Shown: positions 41,549 through 52,767, counted from the first letter of the stretch. The stretch is DNA of 64,000 nt from Chthoniobacterales bacterium (GCA_038207335.1 JBBQZX010000005.1:96001-160000); one strand, 5' to 3'. The notes: a model not told the origin generated them from the sequence alone. Numbers and translations are program-made.

Positions 41549-43034
41549 GCTTCCCAGGGCGTGCTGATCCCGGTGCCAACGCATCGCACACGTAGCTGCT
41601 AGCGAGCGCTGCAAATGCGCTCACCTGTTCCGCCTCCCATAGCGCATCGCGGCCGAGTTCCGCAGCCATCGCTTTCGCCACCGTTGGCGCGGCAGTGACG
41701 CTTGCCCGCGCATCGAGAAAAAGCGTACGCGAACGGCTCGCTAGGACGTCCTCCACCGTGCGCGCCATCTCCTCACGCACCGCGTGCACGACCTCAGCCT
41801 CGGAGGGGTTCTTCGTGCTCGACGCCACATCGATAAGACGGAGCTCGCGAGTGACGCAATCACGCGCCGACAAGCCAACAGTCTTGATCGCCGCGTCCAC
41901 CACGTCTTCTGCCATCAGCCGATAAGTCGTCCATTTTCCGCCCGTGATCGTCAATAGACCGCTCGGCGAAATCGCCACGACATGATCGCGCGACAACGCC
42001 GCTCCACGCCCCGCGCCACGCCGCACCAGCGGCCGCAGCCCCGCAAACGCGCTCAGCACATCGGCGCGTCCCGGCGCTCGCGCGAGATGCTTCGCCGCGT
42101 GCGCGAGCAGGAACTCGATCTCCGCATCGAGCGGACGCGGCTCGCGCACCGCGTTCGCGACCGGCGTGTCGGTGGTTCCGAAGAGCACGCGGTCATGCCA
42201 CGGGATTGCGAAAATCACGCGGGCATCCTCCGTACGCGGGATCATCATCGCGCTCGCGCCGGGTAGAAAATCGCGAGCGACAACGATGTGCGCGCCTTGG
42301 CTCGGAGCGAGCATCGGTGAAGCTTCACTGTCATCGAGCGCGCGCACTTCATCCGCAAAAACTCCCGTCGCGTTGATCACCGCACGCGCTCGGATTTCCA
42401 TCTCCGCGCAGCTTTCCAAATCGCGCACCCGCACGCCAGCAACGCGCCCACTTTCGCGCAGCAAACCCGTGACGCGGGCGTAATTCAGCGCGATACCGCC
42501 GTGCACCGAAAACGTCTGGGCGAGAGAGATCGCGAGCCGCGCGTCGTCGAATTGCGCATCGTGATACAGCACCCCGCCGCGGAGTCCGCGCGGCGCGACA
42601 GTGGGCAAATGGACGAGCGTTTCCGCCCGGGAAAGATGACGCGAAACGCCCAGCCCGAGTGAGCCCGCAAGCGCGTCGTAGAGCTTCAATCCGATGGTGT
42701 AAAACGGCGCCTCCCACCGAGCGTAGTTTGGAATCACGAACGTCAGCGGGCGCACCAGCCCCGGCGCACTTTTCAGCAGCAAGCCGCGCTCGCGCAACGC
42801 GCTGCGGACGAGCGAGATATTCCCCTGCTGCAAATACCGCACCCCGCCGTGGATGAGCTTCGTACTGCGGCTCGAGGTTTCCTGCGCGAAGTCCCCTTGC
42901 TCCACCAAAGCTGTTCGTAACCCGCGCGTCGCCGCATCGAGGGCAGCGCCGAGCCCCGTTGCTCCGCCGCCGATTATCACGACATCCCACACCTCCGCCG
43001 TGCCCAGCGCGCGCAGGCTCGCGTCGCGGTTCAT
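41538..43034 (-). CDS. glpD: FAD-dependent glycerol-3-phosphate dehydrogenase
   Basis: GGGATG, '[16 protein letters not shown]', 'GLRPL', 'GGKWTTYR'. Confidence 0.93.
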   Translation of the reverse strand: MNRDASLRALGTAEVWDVVIIGGGATGLGAALDAATRGLRTALVEQGDFAQETSSRSTKLIHGGVRYLQQGNISLVRSALRERGLLLKSAPGLVRPLTFVIPNYARWEAPFYTIGLKLYDALAGSLGLGVSRHLSRAETLVHLPTVAPRGLRGGVLYHDAQFDDARLAISLAQTFSVHGGIALNYARVTGLLRESGRVAGVRVRDLESCAEMEIRARAVINATGVFADEVRALDDSEASPMLAPSQGAHIVVARDFLPGASAMMIPRTEDARVIFAIPWHDRVLFGTTDTPVANAVREPRPLDAEIEFLLAHAAKHLARAPGRADVLSAFAGLRPLVRRGAGRGAALSRDHVVAISPSGLLTITGGKWTTYRLMAEDVVDAAIKTVGLSARDCVTRELRLIDVASSTKNPSEAEVVHAVREEMARTVEDVLASRSRTLFLDARASVTAAPTVAKAMAAELGRDALWEAEQVSAFAALASSYVCDALAPGSARPGKLSI

Positions 43035-44527
43035 GCCGCCGGCGCGCGCCGTTCCGACTTCGCGCGCTTCACCGCCGCGCGCCATTTCGAGAGCCGATCA
43101 TCTCGTTCGCTCCGAGTCATCGCCGGTTCGAATCTCCGCTCCACGCTCCATTGCGATTCGAGTTCCGCGGCGTCTTTCCAAAACCCCACGCCAAGTCCCG
43201 CGAGACGCGCAGCACCGAGCGCCGTCGTCTCAGTGATCGCCGGACGCAGCACCGGCACCCCCGCGATGTCCGCCTGAAATTGCATCAGCAAATCATTCGC
43301 CGCCGCGCCGCCATCCACGCGCAGCTCCGTCAATGGCACGCGCGCGTCGCCGCGCATCGCATCGAGCACATCCGCGGTCTGAAACGCAATGCTCTCCAGC
43401 GCCGCGCGCGCGATGTGCGCCGCCGTGCTGCCGCGCGTGAGTCCCTCGATCATTCCGCGAGCGTGCGGGTCCCAATGCGGCGCGCCGAGCCCCGAAAACG
43501 CTGGGATGAAATGCACGCCATCGCTGTCTGGCACGGACTTCGCCAGCGCCTCTACCTCGCTCGAATCGCGGATGATCCCGAGCCCATCGCGCAGCCACTG
43601 CACCGCCGCGCCCGCGATGAAAACGCTCCCCTCGAGCGCAAATTCGCGCGCTCTGCCGAGACTCGCCGCCGCTGTTGTCAGCAGCCGGTGCCGCGATACG
43701 GCTCGCTCCTCGCCGGTGTGCATCAGCAGAAAACAGCCCGTCCCATAAGTGTTCTTTGCCATTCCCGCGCGCGTACAGCCTTGGCCAAAAAGCGCCGCCT
43801 GCTGATCCCCCGCAATTCCCGCGATCGGCACCCCTCGCAGCCCATCCAATGTGCATTCGCCGAGCACGCCGCTCGACACGCACACCTCCGGCAGCATCCC
43901 GAGCGGGACGCCGAAAAGCGCGAGCAACTCTTCGTCCCACTCGCCGCGCGCGATGTTGAAAAGCATCGTCCGCGAGGCATTCGTCGCGTCCGTCACATGC
44001 CGCGCGCCGCCCGTGAGCCGCCATATGAGCCACGAGTCGATCGTCCCAAAAGCCAGCTCCCCGCGCCGCGCCCGCTCCCGGGCTCCGGGCGTATGATCGA
44101 GCAGCCACGCGAGCTTCGTGCCGGAAAAATACGCGTCGAGCACCAGCCCCGTCCGTTCACGAATCATCTCCCCGAGCCCATCGGCGGACATCTGCTCGCA
44201 ATCCTCCGCCGTCCGCCGATCCTGCCACACGATCGCATTCCCGATGGGCGCACCCGTCGCGCGATCCCACACGACGGTCGTCTCGCGTTGATTCGTAATG
44301 CCCACTGCCGCCACATCACGAGCCCCAATTCCAGCTCGCGCCAGCGCCTCCGTCGCAACCGCCCATTGAGTCTCCCAAATCTCCTCCGCGTCGTGCTCCA
44401 CCCATCCCGGCTTCGGGAAAATCTGACGAAACTCCCGCTGCGTGACCGCGCGAATCGTCCCCTCGCGATCGAACAAAATCGCGCGCGAACTCGTGGTGCC
44501 CTGATCGAGCGCGAGGATGTAGCTCAT
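43031..44527 (-). CDS. glpK: Glycerol kinase
   Basis: [37 protein letters not shown]. Confidence 0.97.
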   Translation of the reverse strand: MSYILALDQGTTSSRAILFDREGTIRAVTQREFRQIFPKPGWVEHDAEEIWETQWAVATEALARAGIGARDVAAVGITNQRETTVVWDRATGAPIGNAIVWQDRRTAEDCEQMSADGLGEMIRERTGLVLDAYFSGTKLAWLLDHTPGARERARRGELAFGTIDSWLIWRLTGGARHVTDATNASRTMLFNIARGEWDEELLALFGVPLGMLPEVCVSSGVLGECTLDGLRGVPIAGIAGDQQAALFGQGCTRAGMAKNTYGTGCFLLMHTGEERAVSRHRLLTTAAASLGRAREFALEGSVFIAGAAVQWLRDGLGIIRDSSEVEALAKSVPDSDGVHFIPAFSGLGAPHWDPHARGMIEGLTRGSTAAHIARAALESIAFQTADVLDAMRGDARVPLTELRVDGGAAANDLLMQFQADIAGVPVLRPAITETTALGAARLAGLGVGFWKDAAELESQWSVERRFEPAMTRSERDDRLSKWRAAVKRAKSERRAPAA

Positions 44528-44637
44528 CGATGAAAGTCGTGCCGTTCGACGCAGCTTAAAACAAGCTCAACAGTCCACCCGCCGCCCGCCCCGAGATCGC
44601 CTCCGCGCGTTGCCGGATCGATAGCCTCATTAACCAC

Positions 44638-44871
44638 TCACTCCGCAGCTTGCTTCGTGATGCGCCCGACGATCTCGACGACGACCGGCACGCCGTTGAT
44701 TTCCGCGGGCATTAAAGCGGCGGATTTCGGAGGATGCGCGAGGTTGATCTTCACCGCGTAGCTTTCTCCGACTTGCGTGATGCCCACGCCGACGACCGGA
44801 GCGAATGCCTCGAAAGCCTTGTGCGCAGCAGCCTTCGCGGCGCGTGCGTCGTCGAGCGTCGGATTTTTCAT
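44638..44871 (-). CDS. Small protein resembling the N-terminal (pro)domain of the adjacent protease
   Basis: 77-aa ORF; 'VVGVGI...GVPVVVEIVGRITK' aligns with the protease N-terminus. Confidence 0.75.
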   Translation of the reverse strand: MKNPTLDDARAAKAAAHKAFEAFAPVVGVGITQVGESYAVKINLAHPPKSAALMPAEINGVPVVVEIVGRITKQAAE

Positions 44872-44896
44872 CGTGGAAAAGCAGTGGTCGAATCGC

Positions 44897-45877
44897 CTAC
44901 AGCGCGAGGTCGAGTTTCAGCGTGTCGAGGACGACGTGGAGGGGATTGGCGTAGGTGACACCCTGGCCGTGGCTGCCACCCTGGTCGGAGCCGGCGAAGA
45001 GCAGGCCGATTGCGCGCAGGTTCGCATCGACGATGAGCGCGCCGCTGTCGCCGCCCATGCTGAATGGGGTGTTCGTGAGGCTGTCGATTTCGATCTGGTT
45101 GTCGAAGCGCAGGTCGCCGATGCCGTATCCCACCACGACGTTGTCGAGTTCGAATGCAGTGACGCGGCCCTTCGTGAGGCCGGAGGTGCGGCCGAGTTTT
45201 GAGACGCGCGTGCCGGTGGCGACAGTACTGGGGCCGAGGCCTTTCAGAGTGCCGAGGCCAGAGAGGCGGGTGTTCGCGGTGGTGACGCCGGGCGCGATGG
45301 TGGCGAAGGCGCAGTCGATCAGATTCGTTCCGAAGCGCTTGAGGCGCACGAAGTCTGCGAGGTTTGCGGCGAGGTCGGCGGGGTTGTGTCCGCGGTCGAA
45401 GAGTCCGGGCTGTAGAATGGGGTCGCCTTTCTTCGCGCTGTTTTCGTTCGCGAGGACGTGGTTGTTGGAAAGCATCGCGACACCGCCGCCCGCGCGCGGT
45501 TTCACGAAACAGGCGAGGGTGCCCGCGGTGATTTTGAAATGGCCGACGGAGCAGCCGATGATGAGCGGGCGCTGGCGAGCGCGGAAATTCACCGCGGCGC
45601 GCTTCACGACGCGGCCGATGTAGCGCACATCAACCTCGCCTTTCGCCTGTTTCATGATCGCGGCGAGTTCCTTGCTGCCTTCCATCGCCCGACGCTGGAT
45701 GCGCACGGCGAGCTTGAAGCCTTTGCCATCGGGCGCGATGCCGAGCGCGAATGTCCGAGGGGCTGCATCGGCATCCGGCATCGGCTGCGCGGCGAGCGCG
45801 TGCAGACCGGTCTTTGCTTTTGCGAGGACTTTGGTGGCGAGGGTCTGTTTGAGTTCGCGGACGGAGTCGAGGTTCAT
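44897..45877 (-). CDS. Trypsin-like (PA clan, Nal1-like) serine protease without signal peptide
   Basis: 'SVGH..TAGTL', LSNNHV (His), IDCA (Asp), GDSG (Ser), 'KLGRTSGLT.G'. Confidence 0.85.
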   Translation of the reverse strand: MNLDSVRELKQTLATKVLAKAKTGLHALAAQPMPDADAAPRTFALGIAPDGKGFKLAVRIQRRAMEGSKELAAIMKQAKGEVDVRYIGRVVKRAAVNFRARQRPLIIGCSVGHFKITAGTLACFVKPRAGGGVAMLSNNHVLANENSAKKGDPILQPGLFDRGHNPADLAANLADFVRLKRFGTNLIDCAFATIAPGVTTANTRLSGLGTLKGLGPSTVATGTRVSKLGRTSGLTKGRVTAFELDNVVVGYGIGDLRFDNQIEIDSLTNTPFSMGGDSGALIVDANLRAIGLLFAGSDQGGSHGQGVTYANPLHVVLDTLKLDLAL

Positions 45878-45959
45878 GGGAGGATGGGTTTTTTGCCGAC
45901 GTAGCAGGTGGCTCTGGAAAATGCGAGGCTGCGGTTTTGAAGGACGCACGGATCAGTCT

Positions 45960-45986
45960 GGAGAGCTCGCTCGTCCCGAGCGCTGG
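45960..45986 (+). repeat. Partial copy of the REP/MITE-like element end
   Basis: 'ggagagctcgctcgtcccgagcgctg' is the reverse complement of 36080-36105 with one mismatch. Confidence 0.7.
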
Positions 45987-46052
45987 TTCGCCGTTCCGCT
46001 GGATTCCCAAGTTTCAGCTTGGTGCGCCTGAGTTCGCTGCGCGCGCTGCGGC

Positions 46053-49000
46053 TCACACGCCGCGAGGGCGGAGCTGGCGTTTTAGGATGAGGTAGAGGGC
46101 GGCGAGGAGGGCGAGGGAGGAAAGGGTGAGGACGGCAGCGTTGAAGGTGAAGACGCTCGCGGTGATCGCGATCTCGCGAGCGCCGAGGTGGAAGAGCGGA
46201 TAGTTTTTCACTGGGCTGAAGAACGCGTTCACGGGCTCGGCTCGGCGGTAATCGCTTTGCTCGGTCTCGGCTTTGGAGACGAGGTCGGTGACTTTTTGAT
46301 TCGTGTAGAGGCGCTCGGCGGTGACGCCAGTTTTGCGGCAGCGCAGGCCGCCGGCGTCGAGCGGCTTGCCGCCGATGATCCCATCCACGCGGCGCAGACG
46401 CTTTTCCACATCCTCGATCGAGCCGCACTCGAGGCCGCTGAGCAGCGCGAGTGTGTCTTTCAAATCCTCGAGCCGCGTGGCCTCCTCGGTGGTGCGCTCT
46501 TTTTGCTCCACGAGCGCGTCGATTTGTTTTTGCAAATCGTCCTGCCGGCGCGCGAGGGGGTTGAGCTTTGCCTGCGCCACGATGAGCGCCTCGTAGCTGT
46601 AGTGCGTGGCCACGAAGCGGCTGATGAGCGGGATCGCGAGCGAAGATTCGGTGTGCTTTTCGGGCTGGAGTCCGGGGTGCGTGTCGAACCAGCGGTTGAA
46701 GGTGTAGCGCAGGTCGAGGTCTTGGTTCATCTCCTCGTACTTGATGAGCGCGCCGCTGAAAATGAGCTGCGGGATGAGGATGAGCGGGACGAAATTCGCC
46801 GCCGTTTTTGCATCCGCTACGAGCGAGCTGATGAGGAGGCCGAGGCTTGTGCCGCTCGATGCGGTGATGAACATGAACGCGAAGTACGGCCAGAACATGC
46901 CGCGGATTTCGAGGATGTGATTTCCGACGAGCACGAAGAGCGCGCACTGGACGGCGGAGAAAAGCGCGAGCGTGCTGAATTTCGCGAGCACGTAATACGG
47001 CAGGCGCACGTCGAGATTTCGCTCGCGATGCAGCACCACGCGGTCGCGGATGATGTCATCGACGCTGTTCATGAGCGCGAGGAAAAGTGCGACGAGCAGC
47101 GCGACGAAGATGTAGGTCGGGATGTGGAAGCCGCTCGCGAAGTCGTATCCGGTGGGGCCGGCGTCGGTCTTTTCGTTGAAGTAGAGCGCCCATGCGATGA
47201 CGAGCGCGAGCGAAGGCGGAACGAGGAGGGTGACTATGAGATTGCCGCGGTTGCGCAGCTTCGAGATGAAGGCGCGTCGGAGTAACGTACGGAGCTGCGT
47301 CCACTCATCGCGCCAGCGGATGGGATTTCGCCGGCGCGTCTCGTCGGGGAGCGGCAGCGGCGCTGGCGCGACGGGCTGGCGGAGGCTGACCTGCTTCACG
47401 TCTTGGAGCAGGCGAAAGCTCTCGTATTTATCCCGCCAGAAGTCGGGCGAAAAGCGACGTGCGGGGATGAATTGACCGTGCGAATTTTCCTCGTAGATCA
47501 CGTCGCCACTGAGATCGCGGAGCGGAGTCTCGAGCACGTCGAAGATGAACTCGGGCCGCGTGGTGCCGCACGCGGGGCAGCCGCCGAGCTCCGTGCCGAA
47601 GTGCTGCTCGTGCTCGGCTTTCGCGAAATATTCCAGCATCTCGCGAGGCGTGCCGAAGAAGACGAGCTTGCCGCCTTTGTCCAAAAGGATCGCCTTCGAG
47701 AACATCTGGAAGAGCTTCGAGTTTGGCTGATGGATCGTGACGAGGACGATCTTGTTGTGCGCCATCGAGCGGATGATTTCGATGACGTGCTCGCTGTCCT
47801 TGCTGCTGAGGCCGCTGGTCGGCTCGTCGAACAAAAACACGTCCGCCGAGCTGATCATATCGAGCCCGATGTTCAGCCGTTTGCGCTCGCCGCCGCTGAG
47901 GCGCTTTTTCATCGGCGGGCCGACGACGGACTCGCGGCGCTCGCTGAGGCCGAGCTCGACGAGCTTCCCCTCGACGCGGCGCGAGCGGTCGCGCGAGGAG
48001 AGGTGCGGCGAGCGGATGGCGGCGGCAAATTCGAGGTTCTCCTCGATGGTGAGATGCTCGTCGAATGCGTCGTCCTGCGGGATGTAGGAGAGGAAGCGCT
48101 TGAGCGAATCGAGGTGCGCGTAGAGCGGTTTGTCGTTGAGCAGCACCTCACCGCTCGTGGGCTGGAGCTGGCCGGCGATGGCGCGCAAAAGCGTCGATTT
48201 TCCACAGCCACTCGCGCCCATAACGCACACCATCTCGCCGCGGCTGATATTGAATGATATGCCGTCGAGGCTGCGCTCGCTGCGGCGGAAGTTGTGCGTC
48301 ACATCGCGCAGTTCGAGGTTGGAAATGATGTTGCGCTCTTCCTCGATGATGCGCTCCGAGAAGTTGCACCGCAGCACCTGGCCGGTGTCGATGCGGATGA
48401 CGTCGCCGTCCTGTAACTCGGCGGTATGGCGCACCGCGACTTCGCCGACGAGGATCGGTCGGTCGGCCTGGAGGATTTCGAGTTTGCCGATTTTCTCCTC
48501 GTAGTTGCAGAGGATTTTCAGGAGCACCTCGCCGCTGGTGCCGGGCGAAAGGAGGATGTCATCGACATCGAGGAGCGATGGGTTGTTCGAGACGAGGTAA
48601 CTGGACTTGTATGCCTTGAGCTGAAAACGCCCGCCGAGGGCGCGCGCGCGGCGGCGGAGTTCGCTGAGCGGGAGCTCGGTGTCGTTGTGAAAAACGATGC
48701 GGTCGTCGAGCGTGGCTTCGACGGCTTTGCCGGCGCGGAGGGCGACGCCATTCAAGAGCGCATCGACTTCCTTCAGCGCACGCACCTGCACCTTGAGGCC
48801 GAATTTGATCTCCAGCACGGAGTCGCGCGTCCGCACTTTTTCGAGCTGCACTTCGTCGTCCGCATCGACGCTGAGGAAGACCTGCGCTAGCGAGACGTTC
48901 TTCTTCGCGTTGAAATAATACGCGAGGTCCTGATACGTGAGCACCTGCTCCGCGAGGACGATTCGCTGGCCGGAGTAGATGCGGCAAAAGGCGTTCGCGC

Positions 49001-49703
49001 CGAGCTGCCGCCCGCGCACGACGATGCCACGGGTGCTCTGATTTTTGAGCAGGATGAGGTCGTGGTATCGAAAAGCGATGAGCCGCTCGTCGCTCGCGAG
49101 GCCTTTGAGATTCACATCGGCGGCACGATTTCCTCCGAAGGTGAGCGCCTCCAGCGGCGACTGGCCGTGCTGGAAGACGGACTTGTCAGCATCGTCGTTG
49201 GCATTGAGCTGATAGACGATGTCGATCGCCTGCGCGGCCATGCCGAGCTGCGCCATGAAGCCGTAGTAGGCGACGACCTGCTCCTGATCGAGGCCGGCCT
49301 TTGAGATCAAGTCGTAGAGCTGCACGCCGAGCATGATCTTGCGCTCATTGTTGAGCCGCGGACCGAGTTTCGCGGCCATCGCGGTGAGGTCCTGCTGCTC
49401 GTTCATCGCCGTGCGGAAAAGCTTCCGCAGCTCGGAATAGACGGCCTCCGGGTAGTCGTAGCGCAGGAACCCGAGCGATGAGTCGATCTCCTCCTCGAGC
49501 ACATCTCCGTGCCCGGCTTTGGAAAATGCGGCGAGCACCTGGATGAGGAGCGGCAGCAAATTTGGCCCCTCGGCGACGGAGCGTGGCTTGCGCAGGACGC
49601 GGCGCTTCACGTCGTGCGCGAGCCGCCGGGCCTTGCGCGCAAGCGGGTTCGCGAGCACACGCTCGCGGAGCTGCTCGGTCAGTGGGTGATTCAAAAAGCT
49701 CAT
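46053..49703 (-). CDS. Fused ABCG-type transporter: TerB-like helical domain, FHA-like repeats, ATPase, ABC-2 membrane domain
   Basis: GASGCGKST, 'YIPQDD', LSGGERKR, DEPTSGL, TIHQP, C-terminal TM segments; about 450-aa N-terminal extension. Confidence 0.85.
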   Translation of the reverse strand: MSFLNHPLTEQLRERVLANPLARKARRLAHDVKRRVLRKPRSVAEGPNLLPLLIQVLAAFSKAGHGDVLEEEIDSSLGFLRYDYPEAVYSELRKLFRTAMNEQQDLTAMAAKLGPRLNNERKIMLGVQLYDLISKAGLDQEQVVAYYGFMAQLGMAAQAIDIVYQLNANDDADKSVFQHGQSPLEALTFGGNRAADVNLKGLASDERLIAFRYHDLILLKNQSTRGIVVRGRQLGANAFCRIYSGQRIVLAEQVLTYQDLAYYFNAKKNVSLAQVFLSVDADDEVQLEKVRTRDSVLEIKFGLKVQVRALKEVDALLNGVALRAGKAVEATLDDRIVFHNDTELPLSELRRRARALGGRFQLKAYKSSYLVSNNPSLLDVDDILLSPGTSGEVLLKILCNYEEKIGKLEILQADRPILVGEVAVRHTAELQDGDVIRIDTGQVLRCNFSERIIEEERNIISNLELRDVTHNFRRSERSLDGISFNISRGEMVCVMGASGCGKSTLLRAIAGQLQPTSGEVLLNDKPLYAHLDSLKRFLSYIPQDDAFDEHLTIEENLEFAAAIRSPHLSSRDRSRRVEGKLVELGLSERRESVVGPPMKKRLSGGERKRLNIGLDMISSADVFLFDEPTSGLSSKDSEHVIEIIRSMAHNKIVLVTIHQPNSKLFQMFSKAILLDKGGKLVFFGTPREMLEYFAKAEHEQHFGTELGGCPACGTTRPEFIFDVLETPLRDLSGDVIYEENSHGQFIPARRFSPDFWRDKYESFRLLQDVKQVSLRQPVAPAPLPLPDETRRRNPIRWRDEWTQLRTLLRRAFISKLRNRGNLIVTLLVPPSLALVIAWALYFNEKTDAGPTGYDFASGFHIPTYIFVALLVALFLALMNSVDDIIRDRVVLHRERNLDVRLPYYVLAKFSTLALFSAVQCALFVLVGNHILEIRGMFWPYFAFMFITASSGTSLGLLISSLVADAKTAANFVPLILIPQLIFSGALIKYEEMNQDLDLRYTFNRWFDTHPGLQPEKHTESSLAIPLISRFVATHYSYEALIVAQAKLNPLARRQDDLQKQIDALVEQKERTTEEATRLEDLKDTLALLSGLECGSIEDVEKRLRRVDGIIGGKPLDAGGLRCRKTGVTAERLYTNQKVTDLVSKAETEQSDYRRAEPVNAFFSPVKNYPLFHLGAREIAITASVFTFNAAVLTLSSLALLAALYLILKRQLRPRGV

Positions 49704-49820
49704 CGGTCGGGCGCGCGCGGGTCGGCGTTTTCGCGGGTGGGGAAAGTAGGAGCGACTCGTGGGGTTGTCGATAGGGTGAGAGTTTCGGCGTGAGTTCCGG
49801 TCGCGCATTCCTCCCTCGTA

Positions 49821-49848
49821 TTGCTTCCGAAATAACTTCTGATACTTT
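49821..49848 (+). promoter_or_regulatory. Possible sigma70 promoter of ftsH
   Basis: TTGCTT-N16-TACTTT with an extended TG, in an AT-rich intergenic stretch. Confidence 0.35.
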
Positions 49849-49879
49849 CTCCGCCCCTTTTACGTTTCGTTTTTGAATT

Positions 49880-51886
49880 ATGGCTCAACCCGATAACCGC
49901 ACTCCCAAAGGCACCCGCCCTCCACCGGTGCAGGACCCGAATTTCAACTGGCGCGGGCTCATCCTCTTCGCCCTTGCCATCGCGCTCATCGGCGGTGCGT
50001 GGGCCGTGAACAAAAACGGCGTCGGCCGCGTGCGCGATCTTTCCATCAACGACCTCCTCGCGGAGATCGACGCGGGGCATGTGGACAAGACGAGCGTGGA
50101 GCTCGTGACCGAGCAGGGCAGTGCGACGGATTACATCAAAGGCACGCTCATCGACCCGGCGGATGCGGTGAAAACGCCGTTCCGAACGACGATTAATTTG
50201 CAGTTCAACAAGAAGCTCCAGCAGGACCTCCTCGACCGCGATATTCGCCCGAAAGAAACCTCGGACACCAATCTGCTCGCGTCTGCGCTGCTCGGCTTTC
50301 TGCCGATCGCGCTCTTCCTGCTCGTGCTCTATTTCTTCTTCCGGCAGCAGATTAGGATGGCGGGAAAAGGCGCGCTGAATTTCGGCAAGAGCAAGGCCAA
50401 GATGCTCGCGCGCGATAAAAACAAGATCACTTTCAAGGAGGTCGCCGGCGTCGAAGAGGCGAAGGAAGAGGTCGAGGAAATCGTCGATTTTCTCAAGGAC
50501 CCGAAGAAATTCCAGAAGCTCGGTGGGCGCATTCCGAAAGGCGTGCTGATGATCGGACCTCCGGGAACGGGCAAGACTTTGCTCGCGCGGGCTATCGCCG
50601 GCGAGGCGGACGTGCCGTTCTTTTCGATCAGCGGATCGGACTTCGTGGAGATGTTCGTCGGCGTGGGCGCCAGCCGCGTGCGCGACATGTTCGAGCAGGG
50701 GAAAAAAAGCGCGCCGTGCATCATTTTCATCGACGAAATCGACGCGGTTGGCCGGCATCGCGGACACGGTATGGGCGGCGGGCACGATGAGCGCGAGCAG
50801 ACGCTGAATGCGCTGCTCGTCGAGATGGACGGCTTCGACACTCAGGAGGGCGTCATCATCATTGCGGCCACGAATCGGCCCGACGTGCTCGACCCGGCGT
50901 TGCTGCGCCCGGGACGTTTCGACCGGCAGATCACGGTGAATTTGCCCGACGTGAAAGGGCGCGAGGAGATTTTGAAAGTTCACTCGAAAAAGGTGAAGAT
51001 CGCCGAGGGGACCGACCTCGCGGTGGTCGCCCGCGGCACGCCCGGATACAGCGGCGCGGAGTTGGCGAATGTCATCAACGAAGCGGCGCTGCTGGCGGCG
51101 CGGAAAGGCTTGAAAGTGATCTCTCTTCCGCAGCTCGAAGAAGCGCGCGACAAGGTGCGCTGGGGCCGTGAACGCCGCAGCCTGGCGATCAGCGAAAAGG
51201 AAAAGGAGAACACCGCGTATCATGAGGCGGGGCACGCGCTTTTGCTCGAGATGCTCGAGCACACGGAGCCGCTGCACAAAGTGACGATCATCCCTCGCGG
51301 GCCTTCGCTCGGCTCCACGATGTGGCTGCCGGAGGAGGACAAATACAACATGCGGAAGAAGGAACTCATCGACAGCCTGTGTGTGACGATGGGTGGGCGC
51401 GTGGCGGAGGAAATCATCTTCGGCGACGTGACGAGCGGGGCGCGCGGCGACATCAAGCAAGCCACCGGAATGGCCCGCAAGATGGTCTGCGAATGGGGCA
51501 TGAGCGAGAAGCTCGGCATGGTCGAATACGGCGAACACGACGACTACGTGTTCCTCGGTCGCGAGTTGAGCAAGGCGCGCGACTACAGCGAGGCAACCGC
51601 GCAGGAGATTGACCGCGAAGTGCGGAAACTGTGCGACGACGCATACGCCCGCGCGAAAGAATTGCTGAGCAAACATCGCGACCGGCTCGAGACGATCGCC
51701 AAGGCGTTGCTGGAATTCGAGACTCTCGATGGAGCGCAAATCCGCGACATCATCAAGCACGGCGAGATGAAAAATCCGCCGTCCGCTCCGACCCGCCCAA
51801 GCAGCCCTCCAGTCGAGAAGACGCACGATGCGGGCACCACGCTCGCGCCTGACTACCCGACCGGCCTCACCGAGGCTCCGGCGTAG
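49880..51886 (+). CDS. ftsH: ATP-dependent zinc metalloprotease FtsH
   Basis: Two TM segments, [17 protein letters not shown] '[19 protein letters not shown]', HEAGH. Confidence 0.98.
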   Translation: MAQPDNRTPKGTRPPPVQDPNFNWRGLILFALAIALIGGAWAVNKNGVGRVRDLSINDLLAEIDAGHVDKTSVELVTEQGSATDYIKGTLIDPADAVKTPFRTTINLQFNKKLQQDLLDRDIRPKETSDTNLLASALLGFLPIALFLLVLYFFFRQQIRMAGKGALNFGKSKAKMLARDKNKITFKEVAGVEEAKEEVEEIVDFLKDPKKFQKLGGRIPKGVLMIGPPGTGKTLLARAIAGEADVPFFSISGSDFVEMFVGVGASRVRDMFEQGKKSAPCIIFIDEIDAVGRHRGHGMGGGHDEREQTLNALLVEMDGFDTQEGVIIIAATNRPDVLDPALLRPGRFDRQITVNLPDVKGREEILKVHSKKVKIAEGTDLAVVARGTPGYSGAELANVINEAALLAARKGLKVISLPQLEEARDKVRWGRERRSLAISEKEKENTAYHEAGHALLLEMLEHTEPLHKVTIIPRGPSLGSTMWLPEEDKYNMRKKELIDSLCVTMGGRVAEEIIFGDVTSGARGDIKQATGMARKMVCEWGMSEKLGMVEYGEHDDYVFLGRELSKARDYSEATAQEIDREVRKLCDDAYARAKELLSKHRDRLETIAKALLEFETLDGAQIRDIIKHGEMKNPPSAPTRPSSPPVEKTHDAGTTLAPDYPTGLTEAPA

Positions 51887-52137
51887 TCAATCTGCCAGCA
51901 GCAGGCGCCGCCGGCTTCGTGATGCCGGATAGATTCCACGTTTTCTGCATGGCCGGGCGAGCAGCTTTTCGAGCACCGAGGGCGTTGAGTGCGGGAGACC
52001 GTCGCCCAGCGTGGCGGGCTGCGGAGAGGCCTTCGGATTGCGGGCGCGATTCATCGACAGTCGAATATTGAGCGTCGCATTGTCATTCGCGATCGGTGGG
52101 CGGCTTGAGCGTTTCATCGGCGCGCATATTTTTGGCG

Positions 52138-52767
52138 TTACATCGCTCCGCTGGTGACGAGCGTCCAGTTCCGCTGCACGTAACAAATTCCCGACCAGAG
52201 TGTCAGCACCAGCACGACCGCGATCAGCACCGGACCGCCGAACTGCCACGCATCCGCCCACGGCGTGCCGATGAAGAACCAGCCCGCGCGCTGCATCTCC
52301 GCGAGCGAGAGCAGCGTGAGAAAATAGAGCACGCAGATGATCTGCCACGCCGTCTTGTGCTTGCCGATCTTGTCCGCCGGGAGCACCACGCCCTTCCCCG
52401 CCGCGAGCAGGCGCAAGCCCGTGATGAGGAACTCGCGGCTGATGATCACAATCACCGCCCAGCTCGGAATCGCGTGCTCCGGGATGAGGCAGACGAAGGC
52501 CGCGGCCATCATGATTTTATCCGCGAGCGGATCCATCAGTTTTCCGAAATCCGTCACCAGATTCCGCCGCCGCGCGATCGCGCCATCGAGGTAATCCGTG
52601 ATACTCGCTGCGATGAAAAACACGAGTCCGGCGGAGTAGCCCCACGCCCAGCTCATTGTCGGCGGCAGGCCGGAGGTCTCCGTCCGGCGCCACGCCGCGG
52701 TCATCGACGCGACGAAAAACGCCGTCAGGAAAAAGCGGCCGACCGTGAGGCGATTCGGCAGATTCAT
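52138..52767 (-). CDS. pgsA: CDP-diacylglycerol--glycerol-3-phosphate 3-phosphatidyltransferase
   Basis: 'NLPN.LT..R', 'DYLDG.IAR', 'GKLMDPLADK', 'GK.KT'. Confidence 0.93.
   Translation of the reverse strand: MNLPNRLTVGRFFLTAFFVASMTAAWRRTETSGLPPTMSWAWGYSAGLVFFIAASITDYLDGAIARRRNLVTDFGKLMDPLADKIMMAAAFVCLIPEHAIPSWAVIVIISREFLITGLRLLAAGKGVVLPADKIGKHKTAWQIICVLYFLTLLSLAEMQRAGWFFIGTPWADAWQFGGPVLIAVVLVLTLWSGICYVQRNWTLVTSGAM

Noticed and set aside
49700..51826. 708-aa antisense ORF over ftsH
   Set aside because: Shadow frame of a strongly conserved GC-rich gene; no recognisable motifs.
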